From an uncultured Thermoplasmata archaeon (GTDB lineage: Archaea > Thermoplasmatota > Thermoplasmata > JAGHBH01), in assembly GCA_964601625.1 (NCBI GenBank), contig CAZROC010000007.1, positions 46,122-78,121 of the forward strand: DNA of 32,000 nucleotides, in the 5' to 3' direction. This document shows, piece by piece, positions 15,473 through 26,565 of this stretch. The translations under genes were made by a program, and so were the position numbers. Position 1 is the stretch's first letter; each line of letters begins with the position of its first letter. The notes beneath the pieces are model-generated. The model ran no database searches, was not told the origin of the DNA, and saw nothing but the letters and a program-made list of their open reading frames with translations.

Positions 15473-16096
15473 ATGTTTGAGATAATACGAGCAGCGCTGG
15501 CAGTGATACTGGTGTTCTTTCTCCCAGGGTACATGATAACCAAGGCCATATTTCCCAAGAAAAACGCCTTCCACCCCGACTACAGCTTCGTCTACACGTT
15601 CACTTTCAGCGTGGTGCTCAGCATAATAACGGTCATCCTCTTAGGTATACTTTTCCAGAGCATAGGCCCGAACCCGGAGACAGGGGAGGGATATTTCAAA
15701 ACACCATACATAGTGGCGTCCCTCCTGTTTATCTCAGCGGTATTTTTTCTCATAGGATGGTGGCGGGGGGCGCACCCGTGGATGGGAATATTCCATCCCT
15801 CACTCTACCGTGTACCTGTTTCTCCGGCTGTGAAGCGCCTCCTGGGAGACCGTGACAAGGCCACCAGATTATACCACCTCGTCAGGGAGAGAGAGCAGAT
15901 TCTCAGGGAAATAGAAGCGGAGGAGAAACGGATAAAGATGTCGGGGAAAGAGGGAGAGAGCGAAAACCTGGAAAAGATAAACTACCTCCGCGAGCGGCTG
16001 GAAATAGTCAACCGCCAGATAGACGAACTGGAAGGGAGCGTGTACCTCCGCTACATAGATATCCACGTCCCCCCCGGGGAGAAAAAGGAGGAATAA
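15473..16096 (+). CDS. Hypothetical membrane protein with 3-4 N-terminal TM helices and a C-terminal charged coiled coil
   Basis: The TM segments include 'IIRAALAVILVFFLPGYMI', 'FVYTFTFSVVLSIITVILLGILF' and 'IVASLLFISAVFFLIGWW'. They are followed by 'REREQILREIEAEEKRIKMSGKEGESENLEKINYLRERLEIVNRQIDELE'. The gene starts 8 nt after the arsR stop. Confidence 0.55.
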   Translation: MFEIIRAALAVILVFFLPGYMITKAIFPKKNAFHPDYSFVYTFTFSVVLSIITVILLGILFQSIGPNPETGEGYFKTPYIVASLLFISAVFFLIGWWRGAHPWMGIFHPSLYRVPVSPAVKRLLGDRDKATRLYHLVREREQILREIEAEEKRIKMSGKEGESENLEKINYLRERLEIVNRQIDELEGSVYLRYIDIHVPPGEKKEE

Positions 16097-16099
16097 CCT

Positions 16100-16468
16100 G
16101 TGGCAGGGGCTGAAATGGAGTACAAACTGGTCATAGTGGTCAGAAAAGACCTGGGCCTGTCCCCCGGGAAAATGGCCGTACAGGTAGCCCACGCCGCCGT
16201 TATGTGCGCATTTGAGACCAAAAAAAGGAACCCGCGGTGGCTCAAAGCGTGGATGGACGAGGGCCAGAGAAAGGTGGTGGTCAAGGTACAGAGCGAAGAC
16301 GAACTTCACACACTCCGGGAAAAGGCCAGAAAAGAGGGACTGGTGGCCATGCTGGTGGTGGACGCTGGACTCACAGAGGTGCCCCCGGGAACGGTAACTT
16401 GCCTCGGCATAGGGCCAGGGCCCGAAAAAATAGTGGACAGGGTCACAGGCCACCTCCCGCTCCTTTGA
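16100..16468 (+). CDS. pth2: Archaeal-type peptidyl-tRNA hydrolase (Pth2)
   Basis: Family motifs are 'YKLVIVVRKDLGLSPGKMAVQVAHAAV', 'KVVVKV' and 'DAGLTEVPPGTVTCLGIGP'. The start is either GTG 16100 (AGGAGG lies 8 nt upstream) or ATG 16115. Confidence 0.9.
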   Translation: MAGAEMEYKLVIVVRKDLGLSPGKMAVQVAHAAVMCAFETKKRNPRWLKAWMDEGQRKVVVKVQSEDELHTLREKARKEGLVAMLVVDAGLTEVPPGTVTCLGIGPGPEKIVDRVTGHLPLL

Positions 16469-16549
16469 CCCCTATCCTCTGCCCCCCAGAGCGATGGCAT
16501 AACGAAACATGCATATAAAGAACGAAATAAGCAAAAAGGGGCGCTGGCT

Positions 16550-17146
16550 ATGAAAAAACATCTCCGCGTTCTCGGATTTGACGACGGCCCTTTCACTTTT
16601 GAACAGAAAAAGGTGCCGGTCACAGGAGTCCTCATCCGCCTGCCCAATTACATAGAGGCCATGACGTACACGCTGGTAGAGGTAGACGGCACCGATGCCA
16701 CAGACCGCCTTATAGAGGTCCTGTCCAGGCCCCCCTTTGCGGGCGGAGAGATGGTGGTCATGACCGATGGCGTGGCCTTTGGCGGGTTCAACGTCATTGA
16801 CGGAGAAAAAATCTGGCGGGAGACAGGCCACCCCGTGATAACCGTCGCAACAGAGAAGCCCGACATGGCGGCGATAAAAAAAGCCCTGAAAAAGAGGTTC
16901 AGGGACTGGGAAGACCGCTACAGGGTCATAGAAAAAAGCCATCCGATGCCGGTCATAGTAGAAGAAGGTCCAGGGCGAAAATACACCGTTTACATAGCCA
17001 CATGGGGCATGGACACAGACGAGGCCAGGGGGCTGGTGCGAAAAGCTACGCTGCTGGGGAAAACGCCCGAGCCGATAAGAATCGCCCACATGGTCTCAAA
17101 GACAATAGCGGCCGCAACAGCGACCGCCACGGACTGCCACATCTAG
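16550..17146 (+). CDS. DUF99 / UPF0215 family protein (endonuclease V-like fold family)
   Basis: 'LRVLGFDDGPF', 'VTGVLIR' and 'VVMTDGVAFGGFNVID' are typical of archaeal DUF99 proteins. A TATA-like 'catataaag' lies about 30 nt upstream of the ATG. Confidence 0.75.
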   Translation: MKKHLRVLGFDDGPFTFEQKKVPVTGVLIRLPNYIEAMTYTLVEVDGTDATDRLIEVLSRPPFAGGEMVVMTDGVAFGGFNVIDGEKIWRETGHPVITVATEKPDMAAIKKALKKRFRDWEDRYRVIEKSHPMPVIVEEGPGRKYTVYIATWGMDTDEARGLVRKATLLGKTPEPIRIAHMVSKTIAAATATATDCHI

Positions 17147-17637
17147 CCGGCCTTTTTCAGATGGCCCAATGGTACCTCAACCCGGCGGGGTATGAGTTCA
17201 TCCTGGAGTACAACCACCGCCACCCCGTTTTTTATGCTCTCCACCATGCCTCTTGAGCCCTCCTCAGGCCCGTGTGTTATCACCACGGTGTCATATTCGT
17301 GTATCTTTCCGCCGGGCTTTTTGAACTCCGGCTCGGCGTTGAAAAGCGCCTCAAACTCGGACCACCCCATCTCTCCCACAATCTGCCTGGCCCCCGGGAC
17401 CCTCTTAACAACCTCGGAGAGGTCATCCATGTTCCTGCACACCACATAGACGTAGCCCCTTGTGGAGGGGTGATATCTCACCTCGGATATCTCAATGCCA
17501 AGCCTCCTGGCTGCTTTCATCAAATCCTCTGCCGTCCGCCGCTCCCTCTTGCCCGCTGTGCGAACGACATACACGCGCAGGTTGTACAGACCGCTGTTTT
17601 CTCCGCTTCTATCGCCTTTTTCCACCATGTCAGACAC
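17143..17637 (-). CDS. NGN + KOW domain protein (Spt5/NusG-like transcription elongation factor or a paralog)
   Basis: 'VYVVRTAGKRERRTAEDL...GYVYVVCRNMDDLSEVVKRVPGARQIVG' is NGN-like. 'HEYDTVVITHGPEEGSRGMVESI' is KOW-like. It has a 20-aa N-terminal extension and sits outside a secE/L11 context. Confidence 0.6.
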   Translation of the reverse strand: MSDMVEKGDRSGENSGLYNLRVYVVRTAGKRERRTAEDLMKAARRLGIEISEVRYHPSTRGYVYVVCRNMDDLSEVVKRVPGARQIVGEMGWSEFEALFNAEPEFKKPGGKIHEYDTVVITHGPEEGSRGMVESIKNGVAVVVLQDELIPRRVEVPLGHLKKAG

Positions 17638-17851
17638 CTTTTACCCCCGCCGCCACACCAGAATACGGGGGAAGATAAAAATCTATTGGGACAGAGCACG
17701 TTATCACAGCGAAGAAAGCTGGCGAAACCATAAAATACCACGAAGTAGGGGATATATCGCTGTGAAAAAATGAGAACATGGCAACCGTCATATACGAAAT
17801 GCCTTATACGTATGTCCGTTCAGGTCGTTGCCGGCACAAGAGGTGGTGTGA

Positions 17852-20077
<2,226 letters not shown>

Positions 20078-20155
20078 CATGGAAAAGTATATGGACATGA
20101 AAGTAGTTAAAGGTAAGAGTTGAAATGAGAATAGGCCTGAAACGAGGTGTGGTGT

Positions 20156-20395
20156 ATGAAAAAGTTTGCCACAGAACTTAGGGGAAAAACCGTGATGACG
20201 AACGACGGCCAGATACTCGGCGTGATTGAGAACTTCGTCATAGAAACAAAGACCGGCGAGGTAAAACACGTGCTCGTGGTGCCGGCGGAGGACATAGAAC
20301 CCCGCCTGTTTGAGACAGACGCACAGGGGCGCCTCATACTACCCTTTAACTCAATGAAAGCGGTTCGGGACGTCGTGGTCATGGACATCTCGTAA
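20156..20395 (+). CDS. PRC-barrel domain protein
   Basis: 'LRGKTVMTNDGQILGVIENFVIETKTGEVKHVLV' is a typical PRC-barrel core. ATG 20156 is preceded by GAGGTG. Confidence 0.7.
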   Translation: MKKFATELRGKTVMTNDGQILGVIENFVIETKTGEVKHVLVVPAEDIEPRLFETDAQGRLILPFNSMKAVRDVVVMDIS

Positions 20396-20577
20396 CCCAC
20401 GCAGTTAATGGAGGATAGGATCCGCTGTTCTGGACACGGTCGCTCTCTCGCTGTGCGTTCTCGCCGGCTACCAGAGAAAAAAATGGTCATCGGATGACAC
20501 AGTGTGCGCCGCCCATCGTGTCCGCCAGCATAGACGGGTGTCCAGAGACACGGGCGCCCGGAGATAGGGGAGGAGAT

Positions 20578-21423
20578 ATGACGCCGGGTGAAAAGGGCAA
20601 AAAAAAAGAAAAAACGGGGGACAGAGCAAAAGAGAAACACCTCAAAGAGGAGATTTCCAAGGCGATATCCTCAACCGCTTACAAAGCCTATGAAAAACGC
20701 CTTTTGAACGAGGTCCTCCAGCACCCTGTGCCAAAGCACATAGCGGTCATAATGGATGGGAACAGGCGTTTTGCAGAGATGTTCGGACTGCACCCGACGA
20801 AGGGCCATGAGATGGGAAAAGACAAGCTGGAAGAGGTCATGGACTGGTGCATTGAAATTGGGGTCAAGATTCTCACCGTGTACGCCTTTTCCACGGAAAA
20901 CCTTTACAGGCCAAAAGAAGAGGTTGACACCCTCATGGCCATGTTTGCGGAGAACTTCAGGAAGGTAGCAGACGACAAGAGAATCCACAAAAACAGGATA
21001 CGGATAAGGGTGATAGGACAGCGGGAGCTGTTGCCAAAAGAGGTCCAGGAGGCCATCGCCTACGCAGAGGAGAGGACCAGAAACTATGACTCGTATTTCT
21101 ACAACATAGCGGTGGCGTATGGGGGGAGGGAGGAGATAGTCCAGGCCATAAGGAAGATCGCCAGGGACGTCAAAGAGGGGAAACTGGACATAGACGACAT
21201 AACCCAGGAGACCTTCTCAAAGTATCTTTACACAAGCGAGTTCCCGGACCCGGACCTCGTGTTGCGCACCTCCGGCGAGGAGAGGATATCCAACTTTTTG
21301 TTGTGGCAGCTGGCATACAGCGAACTTTATTTCACAGACGTCTACTGGCCCGGTTTCCGTAAAATAGACTTTTTAAGAGCGATAAGGTCTTATCAGATGA
21401 GACAGAGAAGATTCGGCAGGTAA
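20578..21423 (+). CDS. uppS: cis-prenyltransferase (undecaprenyl diphosphate synthase family, archaeal type)
   Basis: Family motifs are 'HIAVIMDGNRRFA', 'LTVYAFSTENLYRP', 'YGGREEIV', 'DLVLRTSGEERISNFLLWQLAYSELYF' and 'WPGF'. ATG 20578 is preceded by GGGGAGGAG. The longer ORF from 20494 is unlikely to be translated. Confidence 0.9.
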   Translation: MTPGEKGKKKEKTGDRAKEKHLKEEISKAISSTAYKAYEKRLLNEVLQHPVPKHIAVIMDGNRRFAEMFGLHPTKGHEMGKDKLEEVMDWCIEIGVKILTVYAFSTENLYRPKEEVDTLMAMFAENFRKVADDKRIHKNRIRIRVIGQRELLPKEVQEAIAYAEERTRNYDSYFYNIAVAYGGREEIVQAIRKIARDVKEGKLDIDDITQETFSKYLYTSEFPDPDLVLRTSGEERISNFLLWQLAYSELYFTDVYWPGFRKIDFLRAIRSYQMRQRRFGR

Positions 21424-21467
21424 CGGGAGATAGGAGACAAAAGATGGAGAATGCAGGAGGTGAGGAG

Positions 21468-22160
21468 ATGAAAATAACATGGCTCGGACACGCGTGTTTC
21501 CTCCTGGAAGACGACGGGAAAAAGGTGTTGATAGACCCATTCATAAGCGGAAACCCGAGCGCCCCGGTACGGGCTGAGGACATCAGAGCGGACCTTATAC
21601 TCGTCACCCATGGACACGGCGACCACCTTGGAGACACAGTTCTGATAGCGAAGAAAAACAGCGCCCATGTAATAGCGATACACGAGATAAAAGAGCACCT
21701 GCTGGCCGAGGGTGTGGACGCAGAGGGGATGAATATAGGCGGGGCCGTTGAATGGAACGGGATAAAGGTTTACATGACCAACGCCCTCCACTCCGCGAGC
21801 ATCGGGGGAGGCAGGGACATCAAATACCTCGGCCACCCCGCTGGCTTTGTGGTCTACATGCCATCGGGCAGGGTCTATCACATGGGAGACACCGGCATCT
21901 TCGGAGACATGGAACTAATAGGCCGCCTGCACAGACCAGACATAGCACTGGTGCCCATCGGAGACCGCTTCACAATGGGACCCGAAGAGGCCGCTCTGGC
22001 AGTGGAAATGGTCTCTCCCAGGGTGGTCATACCCATGCACTACAACACCTTCCCGCTGATAAGAGCAGACCCAATGCTGTTCAAACGTCTGGTGGAAAAA
22101 AAGGGAGAGACAGAGGTTGTGGTGCTGGAACCAGGGGAGAGCTACGAGTGGACCCCATAA
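21468..22160 (+). CDS. UPF0173-type metal-dependent hydrolase (MBL fold)
   Basis: Motifs are 'MKITWLGHACFLLEDDGKKVLIDPF', 'LILVTHGHGDHLGD' and 'VVIPMHYNTF'. ATG 21468 is preceded by GGAGGTGAGGAG. Confidence 0.8.
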   Translation: MKITWLGHACFLLEDDGKKVLIDPFISGNPSAPVRAEDIRADLILVTHGHGDHLGDTVLIAKKNSAHVIAIHEIKEHLLAEGVDAEGMNIGGAVEWNGIKVYMTNALHSASIGGGRDIKYLGHPAGFVVYMPSGRVYHMGDTGIFGDMELIGRLHRPDIALVPIGDRFTMGPEEAALAVEMVSPRVVIPMHYNTFPLIRADPMLFKRLVEKKGETEVVVLEPGESYEWTP

Positions 22161-22203
22161 AACAACCAGCCCACCTCTCCAACCCTCATCTCTCTTCTCT
22201 TTT

Positions 22204-22725
22204 TCAACCCTTTTTCTCCGCCCCCCTCTTTCTTATCACTTCGGAACCGCACACAGGACACACGTCCACGGGAGAAGAATACCTGCGGCCGCACCCGGAA
22301 CACCTGTACACCCACACCCACTCGCCTTTTATACCCCTCTCGGAGATGGAGACGAATTTTATGCCGGCATGGGAGCAGACGTTCTGTATCCTGTAATCGT
22401 CGCTCACCACAACCCCATCGGTGTCAAAGGCCACCGCTATGACCTCCAGGTCTGTGTCCGTCAGACCCCCCTCCCCAAGGTCGCCGGTCTCCAGAGCCAT
22501 CTTTTTCGCCAGCCCGAGCCCGCCATCAGTCGGGTGGACGACCCGTCCACCGGCGCCCAGGACAACCTCAAGGCTCATCCTGGCCATGTGCGAGCGCAGT
22601 TCGCCCACAACCCCGTGGGGCACGAGTATCTCAGCGTCTCTCCCAAAAACCTTTTCCACGAACGAGATGGGGTCTTTTCCGGAGAGAAACGCAGATGTGT
22701 CCAGCACAACACACCTTTTTTTCAT
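22204..22725 (-). CDS. nob1: Nob1-like endoribonuclease (PIN domain + C-terminal zinc ribbon)
   Basis: 'CVVLDTSAFLSG' holds the first PIN acidic residue, followed by 'LTDTDLEVIAVAF...VVVSDDYRIQNV'. The zinc ribbon is 'YRCSGCGRRYSSPVDVCPVCGSEV'. I take the start at 'MKKRCVVLD' (22725). Confidence 0.75.
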   Translation of the reverse strand: MKKRCVVLDTSAFLSGKDPISFVEKVFGRDAEILVPHGVVGELRSHMARMSLEVVLGAGGRVVHPTDGGLGLAKKMALETGDLGEGGLTDTDLEVIAVAFDTDGVVVSDDYRIQNVCSHAGIKFVSISERGIKGEWVWVYRCSGCGRRYSSPVDVCPVCGSEVIRKRGAEKKG

Positions 22726-22808
22726 CAGATAGGAAACAATATCTGGTGGGGAAATACTTTTCTGCCACGACACAATCCCATGCCTGCAAACGTTTGGAGG
22801 CGAAAGAC

Positions 22809-23196
22809 CATGCGCACATCAACACGTTCACCAACACGTACGTCAACACGGGCCACTTTCACGGTGAAAGAGATAAGGGGGCGATGTCCATACCACAGGG
22901 TGGGGGACAGGATAACCGTTGAGGACGGCAGAATAGTCCTTGAGGAGACGGATGCCATCTGCATACACGCCCTGCCAACCCTGCTACACTTCTACATGGG
23001 CCTGCGAGGCTGTCTGGGCCCGGCTGATCTCGGTCTGGCACATCCGCCAGAGGCCACAGACACGAGCGGGGGACACGTTGAAAAGGGATACGTCCAGTGC
23101 CCGGACCCTGGACCACCCCTCACACCAGGGGGAACTGTGATTTTTGAGATACAATTTGAGGAGATGGCGAAGGAGAAGACCCGGAGCGAGAAATGA
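22809..23196 (+). CDS. Small conserved Cys-containing protein; resembles the TIGR04076-type family from memory, unverified
   Basis: 'FTVKEIRGRCPYHRVGDRITV...ICIHALPTLLHF...VQCPDPGPPLTPGGTVIFEI'. GGAGG lies 8 nt upstream of ATG 22809. The rest of the 359-aa track ORF (22117..) is antisense to nob1 and is rejected. Confidence 0.5.
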
Positions 23197-23206
23197 GGTG
23201 GAAGAG

Positions 23207-24139
23207 ATGACAGACGGCGGGGATGCGGCGGAGAAACCCCTTCTCATCGTTGCCTCGGAGGTTGACACGGCCAGCATGAACATAAAAAAACACTTTCTGG
23301 ACATCGTTGACGCCCATCGCACAGAGATCAAACTGTGGGACAACACGGTTTTAAAGGGGCGGATTGCGGCGGGGGAGTTCTTCCTGGCCACAATGAGAGA
23401 CGAGCACGTAAGACACGAAAACTTTGACCACGAAGCCAGCCAGGCCATTGGCACAGATTTTTCGGCGGTTGTGGTTTTTTCCAGACACAGGAGTGCATCT
23501 GGTAAAAAAAGTCTCACCGTCCACCCCCCGGGAAACTATGGGGTGGCCGAATACGGTGGACAGGAGGGGACTCTCGTACCATCAGCGCCCAGATACATGA
23601 CAGGTGCATTCCTCTCCCTCCACGAGACAGGAAAAGAGATGGTAGGAGACGAATACGACATAACCTTTGAGGTCACCCACCACGGACCATATGTTGAGAC
23701 CCCCACATTTTTCATAGAGATAGGAAGCGACGAGAAAGCATGGCGGGACAAAAGAGCGGCCAGGGTGATAGCGGAGACTGTTGCGAGTTTCGCGCCAACA
23801 AAAGACAACAAGGTGGCGGTGGGGATAGGAGGCGGACACTATGCCCCCCGTTTCTCCGAACTGGCTCTGAGAAAAGAGATATCGTTTGGACACATGATAC
23901 CCTCCTACGCCCTGGAAGACAGTACGCCAGAGGAAATAGCAGGCATGGTTGAGACGGCCCTCTCAAAAACCCCCGGAGCAAACGGTGTCTATGTGCACAA
24001 AAAAGGGCTCAGAGGCGAAGCCAGGAGAAAAGTTAGAGAAGCGCTCCAGATCCTCGGCATCAACCCTCTGAGGTCGTCGGAAATACCTGATAGGTCAATA
24101 CCTGACGATTCTGATATATCTGCGGCCGGGAAATATTAA
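23207..24139 (+). CDS. dtdA: Archaeal D-aminoacyl-tRNA deacylase (DtdA / DTD2 family)
   Basis: Motifs are 'LLIVASEVDTASMNI', 'SRHRSASGKKSLTVHPPGN', 'EVTHHGP' and 'VGIGGGHYAPRF'. ATG 23207 follows GAGGTGG and lies 10 nt after the preceding stop. Confidence 0.8.
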   Translation: MTDGGDAAEKPLLIVASEVDTASMNIKKHFLDIVDAHRTEIKLWDNTVLKGRIAAGEFFLATMRDEHVRHENFDHEASQAIGTDFSAVVVFSRHRSASGKKSLTVHPPGNYGVAEYGGQEGTLVPSAPRYMTGAFLSLHETGKEMVGDEYDITFEVTHHGPYVETPTFFIEIGSDEKAWRDKRAARVIAETVASFAPTKDNKVAVGIGGGHYAPRFSELALRKEISFGHMIPSYALEDSTPEEIAGMVETALSKTPGANGVYVHKKGLRGEARRKVREALQILGINPLRSSEIPDRSIPDDSDISAAGKY

Positions 24140-24171
24140 AAAACCCCCACAGGTATGGGTAGAGTGAGGTG

Positions 24172-25311
24172 ATGGACGTGGATATGGAAAACAACGTGTT
24201 CATGCTCGCGGGCCCGGTGAAGATGCACCCCCGTGTTCTGAAAGCGATGCAGATGCCAGCCATAGCCCACAGGTCGGCGGAGTTCAAAGAGGTAAACAGG
24301 GAGATAAAAGAACTGCTCCACTACCTGTTCCAGACGAAAGCCCGTGTCACGGTGCTCAACGGCTCGGGGACAGCGGGACTGGACGCCGCCATATCAAACC
24401 TGCTCAAAAAAGGCGACAGGGTGCTCAACATAGCCAACGGGAAGTTCAGCGAGAGGTTCTACGAAATAAGCAAGGTCTACGCAAACCCGACACTGTACTC
24501 CGTTGAGTGGGGAAAAGCACCGGACATAGACAGGGTGGCGGAGCTGCTGGAAGAAAATGAGTTCAAAGCGGTCACACTCTGCCACAACGAGACATCCACG
24601 GCGCTCACAAACCCCGCAAAAGAAATAGCCCGCCTGGCAAAAAAACACGGCGCCTTCTTCATCCTTGACGTGATAACCAGCCTCGGTGGAATACCCGTGG
24701 ACTTTGATGGGTGGGGCGTGGACATAGCCGTCGTGGGCAGCCAGAAATGCATAGCGGCCCCCGCCGGGCTCGCTGCCGTGGCAGTATCAGACGAGGCATA
24801 TGAGGCCCTTCACAGCGACGGCTCATACTATCTCAACCTCAAAGCGCACCTTGACAAAATGGAGGACAAAAACGACACCCCATATACGCCGGCGACACAC
24901 CTGTACCTGGCCTTCAGAGAAGCCCTCAGATTGCTCAAAGAAGAAGGGCTGGAGAACAGGATCGCCAGAACACACCGGCTGGCAGAGGCAACCCGCGCAG
25001 CGGTCAAAGCCATGGGACTGGAACTCTTCCCCGACCCCAACTACGCATCCGACACGGTCACAGGCGTGTGGTACCCGGAGGGCATAGATGATTCGTTGCG
25101 CAAAAACCTCAGAGAAAAACACGGTGTAGTAATAGCCGGCGGACAGGCACACGTGAAGGGAAAGATATTCCGCATAGGACACATGGGAATATGCGACTTC
25201 ACAGACCTCCTGCCCACCATAGGGGCGCTTGAGATTGAACTCCAGAACATGGGCTACACAGGTTTCAACCTCGGCGACGGGGTTGAAGAGGTCCTCAAAA
25301 GGATGAAATGA
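24172..25311 (+). CDS. Class V pyridoxal-phosphate aminotransferase (serine-pyruvate / alanine-glyoxylate aminotransferase-like)
   Basis: Motifs are 'MLAGPVKMHPRVLKAM', 'NGSGTAGLDAA', 'FILDVITSLGG', 'VVGSQKCIAAPAGLA' (candidate PLP lysine in SQK) and 'FRIGHMG'. Confidence 0.85.
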   Translation: MDVDMENNVFMLAGPVKMHPRVLKAMQMPAIAHRSAEFKEVNREIKELLHYLFQTKARVTVLNGSGTAGLDAAISNLLKKGDRVLNIANGKFSERFYEISKVYANPTLYSVEWGKAPDIDRVAELLEENEFKAVTLCHNETSTALTNPAKEIARLAKKHGAFFILDVITSLGGIPVDFDGWGVDIAVVGSQKCIAAPAGLAAVAVSDEAYEALHSDGSYYLNLKAHLDKMEDKNDTPYTPATHLYLAFREALRLLKEEGLENRIARTHRLAEATRAAVKAMGLELFPDPNYASDTVTGVWYPEGIDDSLRKNLREKHGVVIAGGQAHVKGKIFRIGHMGICDFTDLLPTIGALEIELQNMGYTGFNLGDGVEEVLKRMK

Positions 25312-25354
25312 GGACGATACAACCCGAAAATAGCATAAAAACGATGTGACAGGA

Positions 25355-26170
25355 ATGCCGCCGAAAACCCTCACCGGCGACGAAAAAAAGGCCATAGCCC
25401 TGGCGATATTCCTCTCAGTGGTGTTTCTCTCAATAGGCTACGCCCAGGGCAACATAACATTTGCACAGAAAAAAGAGATGGGCGGACACGGCAGCGGAGA
25501 AAAAGAAAAACCGCAGCAGGAGATAACCCTCGGCGTTCAGCTCGGGATGCTGGACGACACATACCAGGGAAACAATACATGGACAACGCTCATATCCAGC
25601 GTGGACGACTACGCCGTCGTCTGGGTCAACAACACAGGGAACGTGACGGACACATACACCATCTCAATATCAGAGGTGCCCGACGGGTGGAGCGTCTCGC
25701 AGGACAAGATGGCAGTAACAGTGAACCCGGAGGACGAAATGGGATGGGTGATCCTCCGCTTCTCCGTCCCACCGGGCGCAAAGAACGGGGCGGTGGTTGT
25801 CACAGCAGAGAGCCAGACAGACCCCTCGGTAAGAGACAACATAACCATAAACTGCAACGTTGAAGGAACAGACGCACAGGTCTCATACGTGGGAGACACC
25901 ATCATGGTCTCGTACACCGTGACAGACGAAAACGGCACACAGCTGGACAGCGGCACACTCCCTGTCACAGCGGGAGAGCCAGAGGTGGGCTACGGCAACC
26001 AGCTCGCCTACATAGACGGGTTCTACCTTGGTGTCCTGGGAATGAGAAAACCCGACGTATCCCACAGCGGAGAAACCAAAAACATAGTCGTCCCACCCGA
26101 ACTCGCATACGGAGAAGACATGGGCACCCTATACTTCACCCTCACCGTGGAGAGCGACCTCCCAGGATAA
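25355..26170 (+). CDS. Membrane-anchored extracytoplasmic protein with a CARDB/NEW3-like beta-sandwich segment and an FKBP-like C-terminal domain
   Basis: The N-terminal anchor is 'AIALAIFLSVVFLSIGYA'. The middle segment 'VNNTGNVTDTYTISISEVPDGWSVSQDKMAVTVNPEDEMGWVILRFSVPPGAKNGAVVVTAES' is CARDB/NEW3-like. The C-terminus 'DTIMVSYTVTDENGTQLDSG...IDGFYLGVLGMRKPDVSHSGETKNIVVPPELAYG' follows the FKBP PPIase pattern. Domain calls are by eye. Confidence 0.55.
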   Translation: MPPKTLTGDEKKAIALAIFLSVVFLSIGYAQGNITFAQKKEMGGHGSGEKEKPQQEITLGVQLGMLDDTYQGNNTWTTLISSVDDYAVVWVNNTGNVTDTYTISISEVPDGWSVSQDKMAVTVNPEDEMGWVILRFSVPPGAKNGAVVVTAESQTDPSVRDNITINCNVEGTDAQVSYVGDTIMVSYTVTDENGTQLDSGTLPVTAGEPEVGYGNQLAYIDGFYLGVLGMRKPDVSHSGETKNIVVPPELAYGEDMGTLYFTLTVESDLPG

Positions 26171-26196
26171 AACCAGAAAACCCGGGCCACCCAGCA

Positions 26197-26565
26197 CTAT
26201 CTGTAGCGGGTGAACCGGCCCAAAAGCCTCATGATAGGCTCTTTCGCACCCTCCGGACAAACGCCGGTGGCAACCATCTCCTCAACGTACTCTTTTGCGC
26301 TGTCAACAGACACCCTGGACGCCCTGGTTATCACCGTGGCCACAAAAGACGGCACACGCTCCTCGTCCATGCCCGCCGACGCCAGTATGCGCCTCAGCTC
26401 GTACCTGAAAATATCCTTTCGGCCCACATCCAGCATGGCCGTCTTCTTGTACCCCTCAGGGTTCTTCCTCTTCTTCCTGCGCCTCCCACCCCCCTTCCCC
26501 CTGTTTCCTCTTCCACTTCTACTGCTCGCCAAACTAACGTCTCCTGCAAACTGCGACACACACAA
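26197..26565 (-). CDS. Hypothetical small protein with a possible highly basic RG/K-rich N-terminal tail
   Basis: The ORF has host-like codon usage. The track start is a TTG at 26565, and the first ATG is at 26436 ('MLDVGRKDIF...'), so the basic tail 'GRGNRGKGGGRRRKKRKNPEGYKK' may or may not be translated. I recognise no family. Confidence 0.4.
   Translation of the reverse strand: MCVSQFAGDVSLASSRSGRGNRGKGGGRRRKKRKNPEGYKKTAMLDVGRKDIFRYELRRILASAGMDEERVPSFVATVITRASRVSVDSAKEYVEEMVATGVCPEGAKEPIMRLLGRFTRYR

Noticed and set aside
20396-20577. A GC-rich 182-bp gap between the PRC-barrel gene and uppS that could hold a small RNA such as a C/D box sRNA
   Set aside because: Only a weak C-box-like 'ggatga' is present and no downstream CTGA D box follows. 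The long in-frame ORF extension from 20494 has no ribosome binding site and gives a nonsense N-terminus. There is not enough evidence to call any feature here.
22117-22808. The N-terminal about 230 aa of the 359-aa plus-strand ORF 22117..23196
   Set aside because: This part is antisense to the Nob1-like gene and is Pro/His/Arg-rich nonsense. Only the part from ATG 22809, which is preceded by GGAGG, matches a recognisable small protein.
22820-22850. A triple 12-bp-periodic repeat, CAACACG at 22820, 22832 and 22844, near the divergent nob1 / small-protein promoter
   Set aside because: It lies downstream of the best-supported start (ATG 22809, with GGAGG 8 nt upstream). It simply encodes an N-terminal 'STRS-PTRT-STRA' tail. 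A regulatory role would be plausible only if the real start were the in-frame GTG at 22863, which lacks a ribosome binding site.
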